Shown: in pieces, positions 25,430-37,322 of the stretch
How the letters are laid out: the number at the start of each line of letters is the position of its first letter
Numbering within the stretch: position 1 is the stretch's first letter
Source of the DNA: Neodothiora populina
Lineage: Eukaryota
NCBI RefSeq assembly: GCF_041146345.1
Contig: NW_027191406.1
Span: 62,001 to 126,000 of the forward strand
Direction: 5' to 3'
Length of the DNA stretch: 64,000 nt
Program-made: the position numbers and the translations under genes
The notes under the pieces: model-generated
Database searches by the model: none
The model's input: the letters and a program-made list of their open reading frames with translations, nothing else
Told to the model about the DNA's origin: nothing

Positions 25430-28400
25430 ATGGCTATCCGGAATGTCGGGGACAGACATGTCCTGCCCGAGGCTGAGATACGCAGCACAGCAATGGGCGG
25501 GGGTAATCTTGTGCCGAAAGATACTACTGATCAAGACATCCCTATAGCATTTCAAAAGTGAGCATTTCCTACGTCCTCGTGCGCACTGTCTCGTCCAAGG
25601 ATTGGAACTTTACTAAACATACTCACTTAGACTATGGAACCTTGCTGAAGATCTCCTGTTTACTATCAATGATATTGACACCCCTGGCGGACATAAGACA
25701 GCTGCCTGTAATCTACTCTGCACTGTGATATCGCAGTGCTCACGCTCGCAAGTAGAACAATTCCGCGCTCTTGTCTGGGAAGAGCGGGTGTGGGCTAAAG
25801 CATTCGATGTTTTCCTTGCCCAAAATCATGCATTGAGTGTCAAGCCCCTTCGCCAGCTGTTGGCTACCTTGACTACCGCCCTAGACGAGTGCTCAGATAT
25901 ATCTATGGCTGAGGCAACCAAGACTATCATCCTTCAGAGCCTTGTTGGTATCCTGTGCAGTACAACCGAGCATGTTCCCATAAGACCCGCCATGCAGGCT
26001 TTGGCACACTTTCTGCATAAACATCTCATGCGATCTCACGAGGTCTACGAGGCTATTTGCACTTTACGGTCGTCGGCTGCGGAACTCGAGGAACGTGTTG
26101 TACTTCTGGACGTTGTTCTGAAATGGGCTCCTTACGATGATTACAGCTCCGCTTCTGGACTACTGGCGTCTGCCATCCTGGAATCTCAAGCACAGCCAGT
26201 AACATCAGCAATTGAAACTCCCATTGCGCAACCAACGTTCCATTCGGAGCGGCAAGTATGCTGGGCGGGACCTGTACTCACAGTTCTGGAACATGATCCC
26301 TCTCGTTTGGAGAATTATCGCCACTATGTGCTTCCTGAGCTTTTCAGACATTCTCTACCGGATTTCGTCGCCTTCATCGAGCGCCTAGGACTTCATGAGA
26401 TACTAAGCGGCAAGTCTTCCGGCCAGTCGCTTCATCTACCGCACGCCCAAATCGAGCGGATCTTGTTCTGTGCCCTTTCGGTGGGAAACAAGATGGGGTT
26501 GGTACAAATAGCAGAGACCCAGAAAGTTGGACCACAAGATGGGCTGTTTCTTACCTCGAAAGCTTTGTGTATTCCAGATGTTCTTCTCGGGGACTTGGTC
26601 CTTCGTTCGTCCACGACGGTCAGAATTGCTGGTTTATCTATGCTCATTTCTTCGAGTGCCACCACCAAACCGCTCACACATAGTACAATGAAGGCCCTCA
26701 GAATCGGGTTACCTTTCTTACACGCCGATGCTGACGCAGGTTTTCGCAGCGAGATGTTCAGCTTGATCCGCAACCTGACTGATCGGTTGAGAGGTGCGAC
26801 CTCTAACCTCGCGAAATTACACACTGGGCACGGCACAATACGCGGGAAAGGAACTATGGTCGCAAGTGACGGGTTCAAGTCCAACGACGCCGGGCGTTTA
26901 CTTCATGCTCACGAGCGATTCCTTTCCTGGTACATTTCTTTCCTGAAGATGGAGCTACGACCCAGTGCAAGCTACCAGAGACATATTTCTGCTGTCAAGT
27001 GTATTGCTCTTGTTTACAAATCTGGAGTCGATTCGCGTATCCTCCTCCGCCTCCGAGCCAAGACCGCCTCACCTAAGGCAGTATGGCCCTTCCATATCGA
27101 CATCATAGATGACACTGTGACGGAATTACTGCTAGACCTCCTCCTTGACCCCTTCGATGATGTTCGTCAAGGTGCAGCAGAGCTTCTCAGCATAGCTCCT
27201 GACATGCCCAATGATTCCTCCTTAGCTGGACTACATGACTCTGATCGTTTGGCGAATATCCTCGGCAAAGCGGAGCATACAATGAGGTTCACTGGTCGAG
27301 CAGATCATGCCGACGGTGTGGCGCATCTATACAACACAATCTACAATCGTTGTTTAAATACTGGTACAGTGCGCGAGGAATGGTGGATATCCCGCTGCGG
27401 TGTACTGGAAAAACTTGTCTCTGCACTCGAACATACACTCGAGGTAGCTGCGCATGACATGAATAAGGCTGTCAGCGAGCAACCCCTGCACGGGATTTTC
27501 ATAAGTTTGAGGTGCACAAATATACAATCTGATCCCAATCCATACACTGACTTTCACTCTCAGGTATATCATGGAGACGCCCGGCTTCTACAAGGCTTTT
27601 GCCACACCGGATTCTACTTCGACGTTGCAGGCATTGCATCTGCGTTTATATACATGCTTCCATGCAGTGTGGCACTGTGTCAAGACCACGCTTTGCAATG
27701 ATGCACCAGAAGGCCATGTTCCCGAGGAAGTAGAGGAGAACGATGATGTCGATACCAAGGATGTGTTGAGTTATTCATGGAGAGCACTGAAAGAAGCAAG
27801 GTTTGTTTTCCAAGTGGAGAGAACTGATCATTCATTTGCTGACAGCAGTAGTCTTGTAATGCGGACCATGGCAAAGAGTTGTCCTATTATAGATTGCACA
27901 GAGTCTTTGATGACAAGCGACCAATTGAAAGATCTGGGAGATCTGTCCTTCACTCAGCTTGCCGAACTCCGACATCATGGAGCATTCTCTACCGTTTCCC
28001 AAACCTTTGCAACATGTTGCACCCGTGCCTATCAATGTGGTGGAGCTACCACAGAATTTCTGGATGACTGGTACAAGGTATGACTACTTGGGCTTCTACT
28101 TAGCGCTGTACCGGCTGACAATTTCACAGCGAGCTCTCCTTTGCATCCAGAACCAGACCACTATCAATACTCGTCGATCGGCAGGTTTGCCAGCGCTCAT
28201 GGTTGGGCTTGTCATTGCAGATGATGGCAAAAGCGATCTCTACCAAAAAGCGTTTCGTGACCTGACAGTGGAAGCGACGAAACCCGTCGATGAGATCTCC
28301 GGAAATGCTGACGGTTTGTCGCAAGTACACGCCATGAACTGTCTAAAGGACATGTTTAGGAACTCGAAGCTTGGGGAGAGATCGGAAGCAAATATTCCGG

Positions 28401-30670
28401 ATGCTCTTGGTCTGGCCTCGAACTGCCTTTCTTCAAAAATGTTAGTGTGTCCGAGTGATACATGTTTGATCTTACTGACTGTGGAGCAAGTTGGGCAATA
28501 CGAAACTCTGGCCTCATGCTCTTCCGAGCCCTCCTGGATCGTCTTCTAGGTACAAGCGAGGCTTATGTCGACCACGAGACCGCTCCACAAAGTCGTCTGT
28601 CCTTTAATGCTGTGCCGAACCTGATGAACGTCATATTCTCTCTAATATCACCACCCCTGGACAACACCGAAGATCTACTTACCGAGGGAGTATTTCCGGC
28701 GTTGCAACTTCTTCAGCGGACTCCGCCTCCCGCAGAGCATTTGTCGGCCGTGCAAGATGCGATTTTGAGACTCACGGCAAGCTCGCAATGGCACATCCGC
28801 GAAATAGCTGCGGAGACGTACGCGGTTCTGACTCATCAGACACAACGCTTAGCACGCGCTCTACAATTGGTAAGAGCTGAATATGTGTCAGCGAATGCGC
28901 TTCACGGAGCACTTTTGGCTGCGCGTTGTCTATTGCAAAGTCGCTATACGAAAGTGCAGCATGATGGTAAGTACGGAATCTACATCAGCTGCTGGCGAAT
29001 ACTGACGATCGAAGACCTTAGAGATATCTTTCAAGCATTGTGTGATGCAAAGGTAGCACTCTACGAAGCAAAATCATGTCCTTTTACGAAGGCGGCATTT
29101 GTCGATTTGTACAACGACTGGTGTCAAGCAGCATATCTCTCGCATCACAAGCTGCAGATCACTGGTATGTGCAGGTGGTAGCATGACTTATAACGCACGA
29201 CTGACCTATCGTTTTGCAGAGACCTTGCCACTTTCAACATCCGCAGAGCTGATTGCACTATTCCATCTCGATCGCGACACGTCGGCTGCGTGCTCAGCTT
29301 TGAGAGCGTCTCTCTCGGATGCATTATTACAGGAACATGCATATTTGGAATCCATTGACAAGTGCAATCTTTCCGACACCAGAGCTGCGCTCCTGGGATT
29401 GGCGGACTCTGATGCAGATGCTTGCACTACTGCACTCATTTCTGCATGCACCTCTTGCAGCAACAACCCCGAGTTTACTCGAATGTCACACAAACCTCTC
29501 GCCAGTGTGTGCGCGAGCTTGTTGTTTGACTCTGCTAGTTACACAGACATTGAAGTCCAAGCCGCGGCGCAAGATGTTCTTATTTCTTTACTGAACTCGA
29601 AAGAGGCTAGCGCCGTACAAGACATCCTTTCAGACAGCACTGAGGGTCTGTACTTGCCTTCGAATGCTGCGACGCCGCTATTTCAGGACGATAGGCTGGT
29701 GTTGCAGGGTGCTTTGCTCGATCTTCGTCTTTGCGGTACCGACATGACTGCACAATCGTTGTCAACCGATTTTCATGCCTGGATCAACGCTGTAAGAGCC
29801 GCGCTGCACGAAGACAATCCCTTCGACACCCGCTTTGCTGCCTCGCAAGCCGCTGCCAGGATACAGCAGGGACTTCGGGTTGTGTCCACAGCCCCTGCGT
29901 TCTCTACTCCATTCTTGATCTACTGTCTCACCGTGTATGATCTCACCAACGATGACGACGAGGAGGTCCGCAATCTTGCCGCACAGACAGCCTGCCGCAT
30001 CCTTCACGCGACGAGATTCTCCAGCCACGACCTCGACCTCGTTCCGCTTGCGGCGGGCGCTCGACTCGCGGGATTCATAGCACAACGCTTCGACACGGAC
30101 ATAACGCTCTTCGCCACAGCGACATCGCGTCTGATGGACGGAAAGGGAACTCCTCGAGAGGGTCCGTCAGTGCAACAAGCATTAGCAAACGCTAGCCGAC
30201 AAGACAGCGCGCTGTTCGTACAAGAGAAGCAGAATCTGTTCCTGGACGAGGTCAGAGAAGCGCGTTTGTGGTCGCAGGTGCTCATGCGCATGTCGCGCCA
30301 GGCTGTGTCACCACCAGATCTACACACACTATGCGATTGGACTACACATGGGCTAGAGACACTGCTCTCGAATCTGGACACAGAGGCAGATGGTCCTCTG
30401 GGGTGGAAGAGGCGACCGGACCTGTTCGTGCTCGGACTACAGGTCATCTACGCCATTGAAGCGTTGCTGGTTCTGAACAGAGACTGGCGAGGTGCGGTAC
30501 CGATCAGCGCAGCTGAAGTCAGAGATAGACTTGTGCGACTTTTGCAACGAGGACAGGCAAATGAGGTGCATCCGTTGTTGTTGAATCAGATCAGGAAAGT
30601 ACTGGCGAGGGCTGTTCGAAGAGGTGTGGGACATGTGGCGGCTGTCTTGCGCGGTATAGATAGAGCGTAG
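25430..30670 (+). CDS. TRM732: THADA/Trm732-like HEAT-repeat protein (DUF2428), partner of the tRNA 2'-O-methyltransferase Trm7; multi-exon, 5' exons tentative
   Basis: Motifs TRRSAGLP, LRHHGAFS, VHAMNCLKDMF, WAIRNSGLMLFRALLDRL, DPFDDVR, LF-x-x-EKQNLF; GT-AG introns link the long ORFs. Confidence 0.88.
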
Positions 30671-31611
30671 GGTCCAACAGATCCATGTATCTTATTTCAC
30701 TCAGACTGGTTCTCAATGCATGCATGCGTGCTTTATAACAGCTCACATCCTCTGAATCGAAACCTGATGCAGTTCTTGGTGTCTCTTGACAACAAGCAAT
30801 CCTCGACCTGTCAACGCACCCAAGCCTGCCTCTCCTGTGCCTCCGTGCCACGCACGACATTTCTCAATCTAAAAGGTATCAATCACTCCGCGTACCAAAC
30901 CAAGCTAAAGCTAAGCTATATCTTACCATAGGAGCGAAAGTCTAGCCATATCTTCCTCCTCGAAAAGTTCGTGCACAACAAGAGCCAGACGGACGCCATC
31001 AAGTCAAACAGCAACAAGATCCCCACTCGGCTGGAGGAGAGAAAGAAGAGAGTCAGGGAGATCAGTTCTAATCGTATTGCCCCTTACAGAGGGTCACACG
31101 GCGCAGTAACTCCGTACTGATTATACAATAAGACTACGCGTGCGCTTGATCACCGTCAGATCAGAGTCAGACCTCCAGCAGTACCATCTTGCCGTAATCT
31201 CCGTTTGAACTCACGATCCTCACGTGTCTGAACAACCCGAGGAGACACTACGGACACACGCTTTGCGGGTTCGACTTCTCAGCTCACGGCGGAGATTACC
31301 ACATCGGCTCGTCTCGAGGTACCTTATCTTTGGAGCCCTTTGCTTGTAGGTACGTGGACTTGTTACTCGTTACCCCTGAACCTTTGACGAGTCTAATTCG
31401 CAGCTCGACGGGTTGAAGACTGATTGCTAGAAGCCAGGTACAAAACATCATAAAACCAGCCTTGACTCCCACGAGGCCTCTACAGCAGATCTCTCAAACA
31501 CCAGGACTTCACTTGCCTAGATCCCATAAGCTGCAGAAAAGATACCTCAAACATACCCTCATCCCCCCACCCCCAGCCTCGGAACATAAAAGGCAAAAGA
31601 GCATATCAACA

Positions 31612-31830
31612 ATGAAGGCAAGCTACGCCGTAATCCTGGCCCTGGCGGTGATTTTCATCGGCATGGTGGCGTTCTGGTACTGGTGGACGAAGAGGCTTGA
31701 TGATTTACTTGTCGGGGAGGCGATCGCTGTTATGGAACTTGAGGGTGCTCGTTCTGATGGCCGTGAGCATGGTGGTGAAGATAATGGCGGCGGTGGTGGT
31801 GGTGGTCAGGGGGAACAAGGCAAGGGATGA
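31612..31830 (+). CDS. Small single-pass membrane protein (72 aa), hypothetical
   Basis: ACAATG context, N-terminal TM segment AVILALAVIFIGMVAFWYWW followed by basic residues, Gly-rich tail. Confidence 0.4.
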   Translation: MKASYAVILALAVIFIGMVAFWYWWTKRLDDLLVGEAIAVMELEGARSDGREHGGEDNGGGGGGGQGEQGKG

Positions 31831-32070
31831 TGATGGTATACATAACTTTTCAGTGGGAAAATCTGGACTTGGAGATGCATATGGTATAGACAGCGTGGCG
31901 TAGTCGGCAGCTTTGTTTGTGTGACTGAGCGCCATTCCGAGATGCAGGAAACAAATAATGATGAACCTTCTTACTATTTACTCTGCGTGCTTCGGCGTCG
32001 TGTCACACTGTATACACTCACTTTAGTCGCACGATAGACCAGTCTCGGAAAGTTGTTGTGCGATGGACGA

Positions 32071-32228
32071 GAGAAAGAAAGGCTCCACGCAGTGGCGCTG
32101 TCCGCGCAGGACATCAAGACTGAAGTAGGGGAATGATAGAGAGTGATTGATATACCAGACTAGAAATAGAAAGAGAGGCTCCATGCACCGTTCTGTCCGC
32201 GCAGGACATCAAGGCGGAAGTAGGGACA
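32071..32228 (+). repeat. Diverged direct repeat (2 copies, ~96-nt period), each able to form a hairpin
   Basis: AGGCTCCA...CTGTCCGCGCAGGACATCAAG...GAAGTAGGG at ~32080-32130 and ~32176-32225. Confidence 0.85.
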
Positions 32229-32421
32229 TATCTCGCGGACGTGAACAAAAGCAGATGAATGAGAACCTATAGCGTTTGGATATACTGTATAGCTGGCTAG
32301 TTAGGTTCCTGCTGAGCCGTAGTAGCCCTGCAGAAGTAGAAGTGTACAAGTGCGCTCGGGCAGCCTGCGTCTCAAAGTAAGGGTATATATCTCCCGAAAT
32401 CAGGACAAACCACAAGTCGAT

Positions 32422-32576
32422 TCCTGGCTGGTGTAGTCGAAACACCCCTTGCTGAACCTCATGCCGTATTACAGTACCAGGTGTCGCCCTCGGTCTCAAG
32501 ACCTAGTCAGCGCGCACACACTTCTTGGCGGCGACTTTGCGAGGCGTCGGCTACCGTTCGATTCCGGGGTCGGTGA
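32422..32576 (+). ncRNA. tRNA-like Pol III-type unit 1 (GAA at the anticodon position, ~81-nt insert, degenerate T stem); ncRNA or pseudo-tRNA
   Basis: TATATA at ~32384, A box TGGTGTAGTCG 32429-32439, D stem GTGT/ACAC, anticodon stem CCTTG/CGAGG, B box GTTCGATTC 32556-32564, acceptor 6/7 pairable, followed by T4 runs. Confidence 0.55.
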
Positions 32577-32662
32577 TTTTCTCCTTTTGCACTTCTTTTC
32601 AGGTGAGGAAAGGGTGGAAACAACCCTTGTAAGACCCCAGGTCAGCAGGAGTCTGTACCCGA

Positions 32663-32837
32663 TCCTGGATGGTGTAGTCGGTAACGCCCCCGCTCACGGC
32701 AAGCGATCATGGTCTCTATCTTGGTAAGTCATACCGGGCCCGATACCAGCTCAGCTGGTTGTAGTCGGCTTTTACGAAAATGATACGGGCTAGAGGTTGT
32801 GGGATGTCTGGGGTTCGATTCCGGGGTCACTTTTTTT
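32663..32837 (+). ncRNA. tRNA-like Pol III-type unit 2 (CAC at the anticodon position, ~99-nt insert, broken acceptor stem); ncRNA or pseudo-tRNA
   Basis: A box TGGTGTAGTCGG 32670-32681, D stem GTGT/ACGC, CCCGC/GTGGG stem, B box GGTTCGATTCC 32811-32821, T8 terminator 32830-32837. Confidence 0.55.
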
Positions 32838-33722
32838 TCTTTTGATCTGTTTTATTCCTGTGGATGTGCGTCGATGCTGCAGGGGCATTTGTTCTGATGT
32901 CTTTCGAGACAGTCCTGGGTCCATGTCGCGTGTTGTTCTTGCTGATCCACGTATTGTGATACAGCGGCATGCCATGCGTCTTGGATGACTTTTATACTCT
33001 TTCCGTTTTGTGTATGAAGAGTCATCAGACTTACTGGTATGCAGCGACCGCTTGATTCGGACTCGATCTGATGTCTGCACCGGAAGCGACAAGCAAATGG
33101 GAGTTTTACTGCTGCCTTGCCACGGTATTCCGACGAATGCAATCAGCTCACCGGCGTATTCGAGCAGGGGTTCCGTTTACCATCATCATTATCACCGTCG
33201 AATATAGGATGCCTCTAGTCTTGTCATCGAGTCATTGCGATCTGAGGGAAGCGTGCCAGGTCCCGATTCACGTTGTCGGATGATAAAAAGTGAGACGGGC
33301 AAGAAGTCTATGGCCTAAGGTAGGTCTATCTACTGTATCTAATCAATCAACAAAGAAGTGAAGTCGCGGTCGGAAGATCATCGGGAGTGAGTCATGGTGT
33401 ATCTCGGATCAAGCAGCCGGGCGGAGGTGGTTGTCGCTGTACTGTAAGTACAAGTACTTGTATAGCAGAAAGTCAACCTGTGAACCCTAGTGCAGGGCTG
33501 CCAAGAGCGACGCCTTCCCAAAAATTCCATCGTTGCTTCCGCGTTCGGTTTCGGTCGTGACGTGAGGCCAACAATTCGTCTCTATCTTCTCCATTTTCTC
33601 TATACCATCTTCCTATCTTCATCTCCATCCTGTGCTCTTCTTCCATCTGGTGTGCACCATAGTCGCCTTTCCTCTCTCCTCACATCTATTCACAAGAAAT
33701 ACAAACACAAAAACAGCAAGAG

Positions 33723-34437
33723 ATGGGTGTGTGGGACTCTTTCACAGGGCGCAAGTCGCAAACCTCGCCTTCGCCGTCTTCGGAAGAGACAGTGCAGGAT
33801 CCAGCAGCAGCAGGAAGCAACACGATTGATGCCTCAGACGTCTCGTCCTTCATGAACACCCCAGGCCTCTTCGATCCCGCTTCCCTACATCCTCTCGCCG
33901 GCCTCAACCAAGACACGCTCGACTACCTCAACCTCGACGACTCGACTCTCTCCGATCTGCCCGGCAACCAGAGCGCTCTTCCCTCGCGAGGCTGGTCCGA
34001 CGATCTTTGCTACGGCACCGGCACCACATACATTGCCGGTCTGACGTTGGGAGGAGCATGGGGTCTCGCCGAAGGGCTGAACAAACTGCCTTCCACCGCT
34101 CCGCCGAAGCTCCGCCTCAATTCCGCACTCAACTCGATCACGAGGAGAGGTCCCTTCCTGGGCAACTCTGCCGGAGTCATCGCCATGGTCTACAACGGCT
34201 TCAACTCTCTGATCGGTCACTACAGAGGCCAGCACGACGCCCTCAACAGCATCACCGCCGGTGCTCTGAGCGGCATGCTGTTCAAGAGCACAAAGGGCGT
34301 CAGGCCCATGATGATCTCAGGCGGCCTTGTGGCGACCGCCGCAGGTGGCTGGGCTGTGAGTCTATTATACATGTAGCCATAATCTGCTCATCATACTAAT
34401 TTGTCTCGCTCAGTTTGCACGCAAGCTCATCTTCTAG
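33723..34437 (+). CDS. TIM23: Mitochondrial inner membrane translocase subunit Tim23; intron 34356-34413
   Basis: LHPLAGL, LPSRGWSDDLCYGTG, KLRLNSALNSITRRGPFLGNSAG; the last exon reads FARKLIF*. Confidence 0.95.
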
Positions 34438-35656
34438 ATTGCCGCGCCTTTCCCTCCTTTTCCACCATCTCTTGCTCAATCCAGTCGACTGAGCGAGAGC
34501 CAAGACTCTTTGTCTTTTCTGAATCTGCGGCACAGGAAAGCCGGCTACACCCCGCCTGCCTGCCGTGGACCAAAAATGTAATTGTAGATATGCTGTGGGC
34601 ATTGCGACGGCGTCTTGGAAAAAATATGGTCTATGAGTTGTGCCTTCTCACGCGCCCCCCACTCTCCTCTCCCTGTTGATATCTATTTTCTGGCTGGGCT
34701 GCAAGGCGTGTGGGTTGGTCAATCGATGATGTGATAGGGCAGGATGAAGGACCACGGTGAGTCTGTTCTGCCCATTCCGCCATTTATCTGTATTTCTTCT
34801 TCCTTTCGGCAATAGAGATTTATTCTGTTACTCTGCCTCTATTTCTCAGAAACGCCTGGCACGTTTTTCACGCTTTCCGTCAATATCGACCTTTTGTCAT
34901 GCATGTGATCCACAATTTCTTGTAGCTCCCTTGGCTCATTCAGGGGCTACATCGAGCCCATGGCAAAAAACACGCATACTCGCAGCATGCTTCGGACACT
35001 TGGTCATAGTACCCACCATTTTTATAATTGTCGATTGGAACGCCTCTGACTTGAGTCTTGTCTGTGGAAGGATGATCTTGGATCTCAGACATGCCCATCT
35101 ATGTTGCAAGGACTTATCAGGTATGGGTGTCAGCAAAACGGGGCACCTGAGGATATACACATTCGCTATAGATCTCGGAGTCAACGAGCACCCGTTATCT
35201 GCTTTGTTCAAAAAGCTGCTATGTTCACAATCTTGGTCGAGACGGACAGTTTGGGTCAGTATTGTAGTCAAGGGCTATAGTGGTCGCAGCGCTTCCGACG
35301 TCGGTCCGCCATGTTGTTGGTAGGGTCGATTAGTAGTATCGGAAGACAATGCCAACTCCCACTGACTGGCGTTGCTGAAGAGATCGCTTCCACTTGAGCC
35401 CTTTGGCTAGAGGGACTAACAGCCGAGACTACACGTAAGGTATCGTCGTTTCAAAAGAGCTTCAACAAGCACACCTTGTGTTAATACATCAGACCTTAGG
35501 CCAACAGCAAAGATCATGGTACCAGCCATCCAATTGGGGTCCTGAGGATCAACATTGTCTACCAAATACTGCGACTGGCTCTGAGAAATTCAAAAGAACA
35601 ATTCCGGAAGACGACTAAGCAGCGCCGAGATCCACTACTGCATCTACACCAACACA

Positions 35657-36565
35657 ATGGCAGACGGTCAAATTCCAAGACGCGTATCTCACCCCATCAT
35701 GACGACTGTCCTTCCCGTAACAGAACAGATGCGAGCAGGATTCATAGACAAGGAATCCATGGACACTATGGAGCTGATGTCTAGTGACGACCTGGAATCA
35801 AGCCCTGCTGGGAACGCAAGAAACACCACAACCCACTCTTCGACCCCAGCCCGTGGCTCCACGCGTGCACGAGGACGTGGATCAGGACGAACCCAAGCTC
35901 GCGGACGCGGTCGTGGTCGTCCTCGCACATCTGGACGTGGACAGACAGGAGGAAGACGCCGTGCTGCCACCTCTCTTCGCGCTACTACTACAAGAACAAC
36001 AACTACTACCACGCGCCAAGGATTGCGATCCAGCATGGTGATGTCCGAAGACAGCGCATCAAGCGACTCCACTTCCAACAGCGACAGCAGTGATCACGCT
36101 GAAAGCAGTGACGACGAGCTCTCGCGTCCTCCTCATGCGTCGTCTACCGACATGTTCCAGACTCCCACTCCATGGCTTGCGTCTTCACAATCAGCAGAGA
36201 TATTTGAAGAATTACAGCTTTCCTCACTCCAACACCAAGAACCCCTGCCTCAGTCAACCGCAGAATCTCCCTCTCACAAATTCCTCCCCACATCTCCCCT
36301 CTCCTCCGACAATGACAACGACAACGACAACGACATCCAGCCCCACTACCTCTCCGACGTCGCCCTGCAGAACGCCTACGACCAAGCCACAGAGTCCGCC
36401 TGGCAATCAGCCAGCAGCGACTTGTCGTATGCCATTGCGTCGTCGATTGCGGTCCAGACCAGGCACACGCCTGTGAGGCTGGCGGTGCATCGCTTGGAGG
36501 CTTGGATCGAATGTGCTTGTGGATCTGGGGAGGCGGTTGGGGAGTGCAGGTGTGGAGGTTTTTGA
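35657..36565 (+). CDS. Hypothetical low-complexity protein with AT-hook-like RGRGRPR and Cys-containing C-terminus
   Basis: 302-aa ORF, ACAATG start, RGRGRGRPR, acidic Ser-rich tract. Confidence 0.5.
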   Translation: MADGQIPRRVSHPIMTTVLPVTEQMRAGFIDKESMDTMELMSSDDLESSPAGNARNTTTHSSTPARGSTRARGRGSGRTQARGRGRGRPRTSGRGQTGGRRRAATSLRATTTRTTTTTTRQGLRSSMVMSEDSASSDSTSNSDSSDHAESSDDELSRPPHASSTDMFQTPTPWLASSQSAEIFEELQLSSLQHQEPLPQSTAESPSHKFLPTSPLSSDNDNDNDNDIQPHYLSDVALQNAYDQATESAWQSASSDLSYAIASSIAVQTRHTPVRLAVHRLEAWIECACGSGEAVGECRCGGF

Positions 36566-36842
36566 AGTCATGGTTACGGTCTCTATTGAATGGGTAGGCG
36601 GGAGGAGTTGTTGGAGCTGACAAGGGTCGGTCACTATTGGGGCTTGTGTGCGGGGACACACAGGACATTCAGGGTATTCGCGGCGTTCGGGGCATCCAGG
36701 ATTTTCAAGACATCCGCGAGGCTCAGGGGAACACGATACACGAAGGTCAGAGCATCTCACTGGATGCAACTCACCATACAATGATCCGGACGGCGGATCA
36801 GCGAGAGAGAAGGCTTTGTATACTAGATCAGCAACTTTGCGA

Positions 36843-36878
36843 GCGGAAGCGGAAGCGGAAGTGGAAGTGGAAGTGGAA
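36843..36878. repeat. Compound hexamer microsatellite (GCGGAA)3(GTGGAA)3
   Basis: Read directly from the sequence. Confidence 0.9.
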
Positions 36879-37322
36879 AGCTTCAAATCCTTTTAAAAGC
36901 AGTCGAATCACTATCACTCACTCCAATAATCACTTACTATGATCCGTCACACCAACGGCTAGCTTTCTTCGCACATATACAGATGCATCCCGGCCACATG
37001 GTCTTTGTGAGTTTGGCTTGAAGCTGCTGTGTTGGTATTGCTGGGTGGTCTATCCCCGGCTCCTGCTCCTGACGCTTGGCAGCGTCACTTGAGACTATCC
37101 TTCACTTTTGTTCTATACGCCTGTTCTGCGTTCACGGCTCTCCAGATCAAAATTTCAAAGTGATACCGTGATCACAAATCATGAAGATTCGTCCAATGTC
37201 CAAAGTGTAGCGATCAGCCTCCCCATCGCCCTTACCAGACCTTAAATCTCTTCCACTACCATGTGAGCATAGCACATACAGAACCCCTCCGTCGCATCGT
37301 AAGTAGACAAAGTGAGCTCCCA

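Noticed and set aside
32190..32215. Hammerhead-like CTTGAT-GTCC-loop-GGAC-AGAA on the minus strand
   Set aside because: It lacks the invariant CUGAnGA and GAAA cores, and the second repeat copy does not keep the match
32071..32228. CRISPR-like repeat-spacer arrangement
   Set aside because: Only two imperfect copies, eukaryotic context, no cas genes
25430..32576. Functional link between TRM732 (tRNA position-32 methylation) and the nearby GAA tRNA-like unit
   Set aside because: Proximity only; no sequence evidence of coupling
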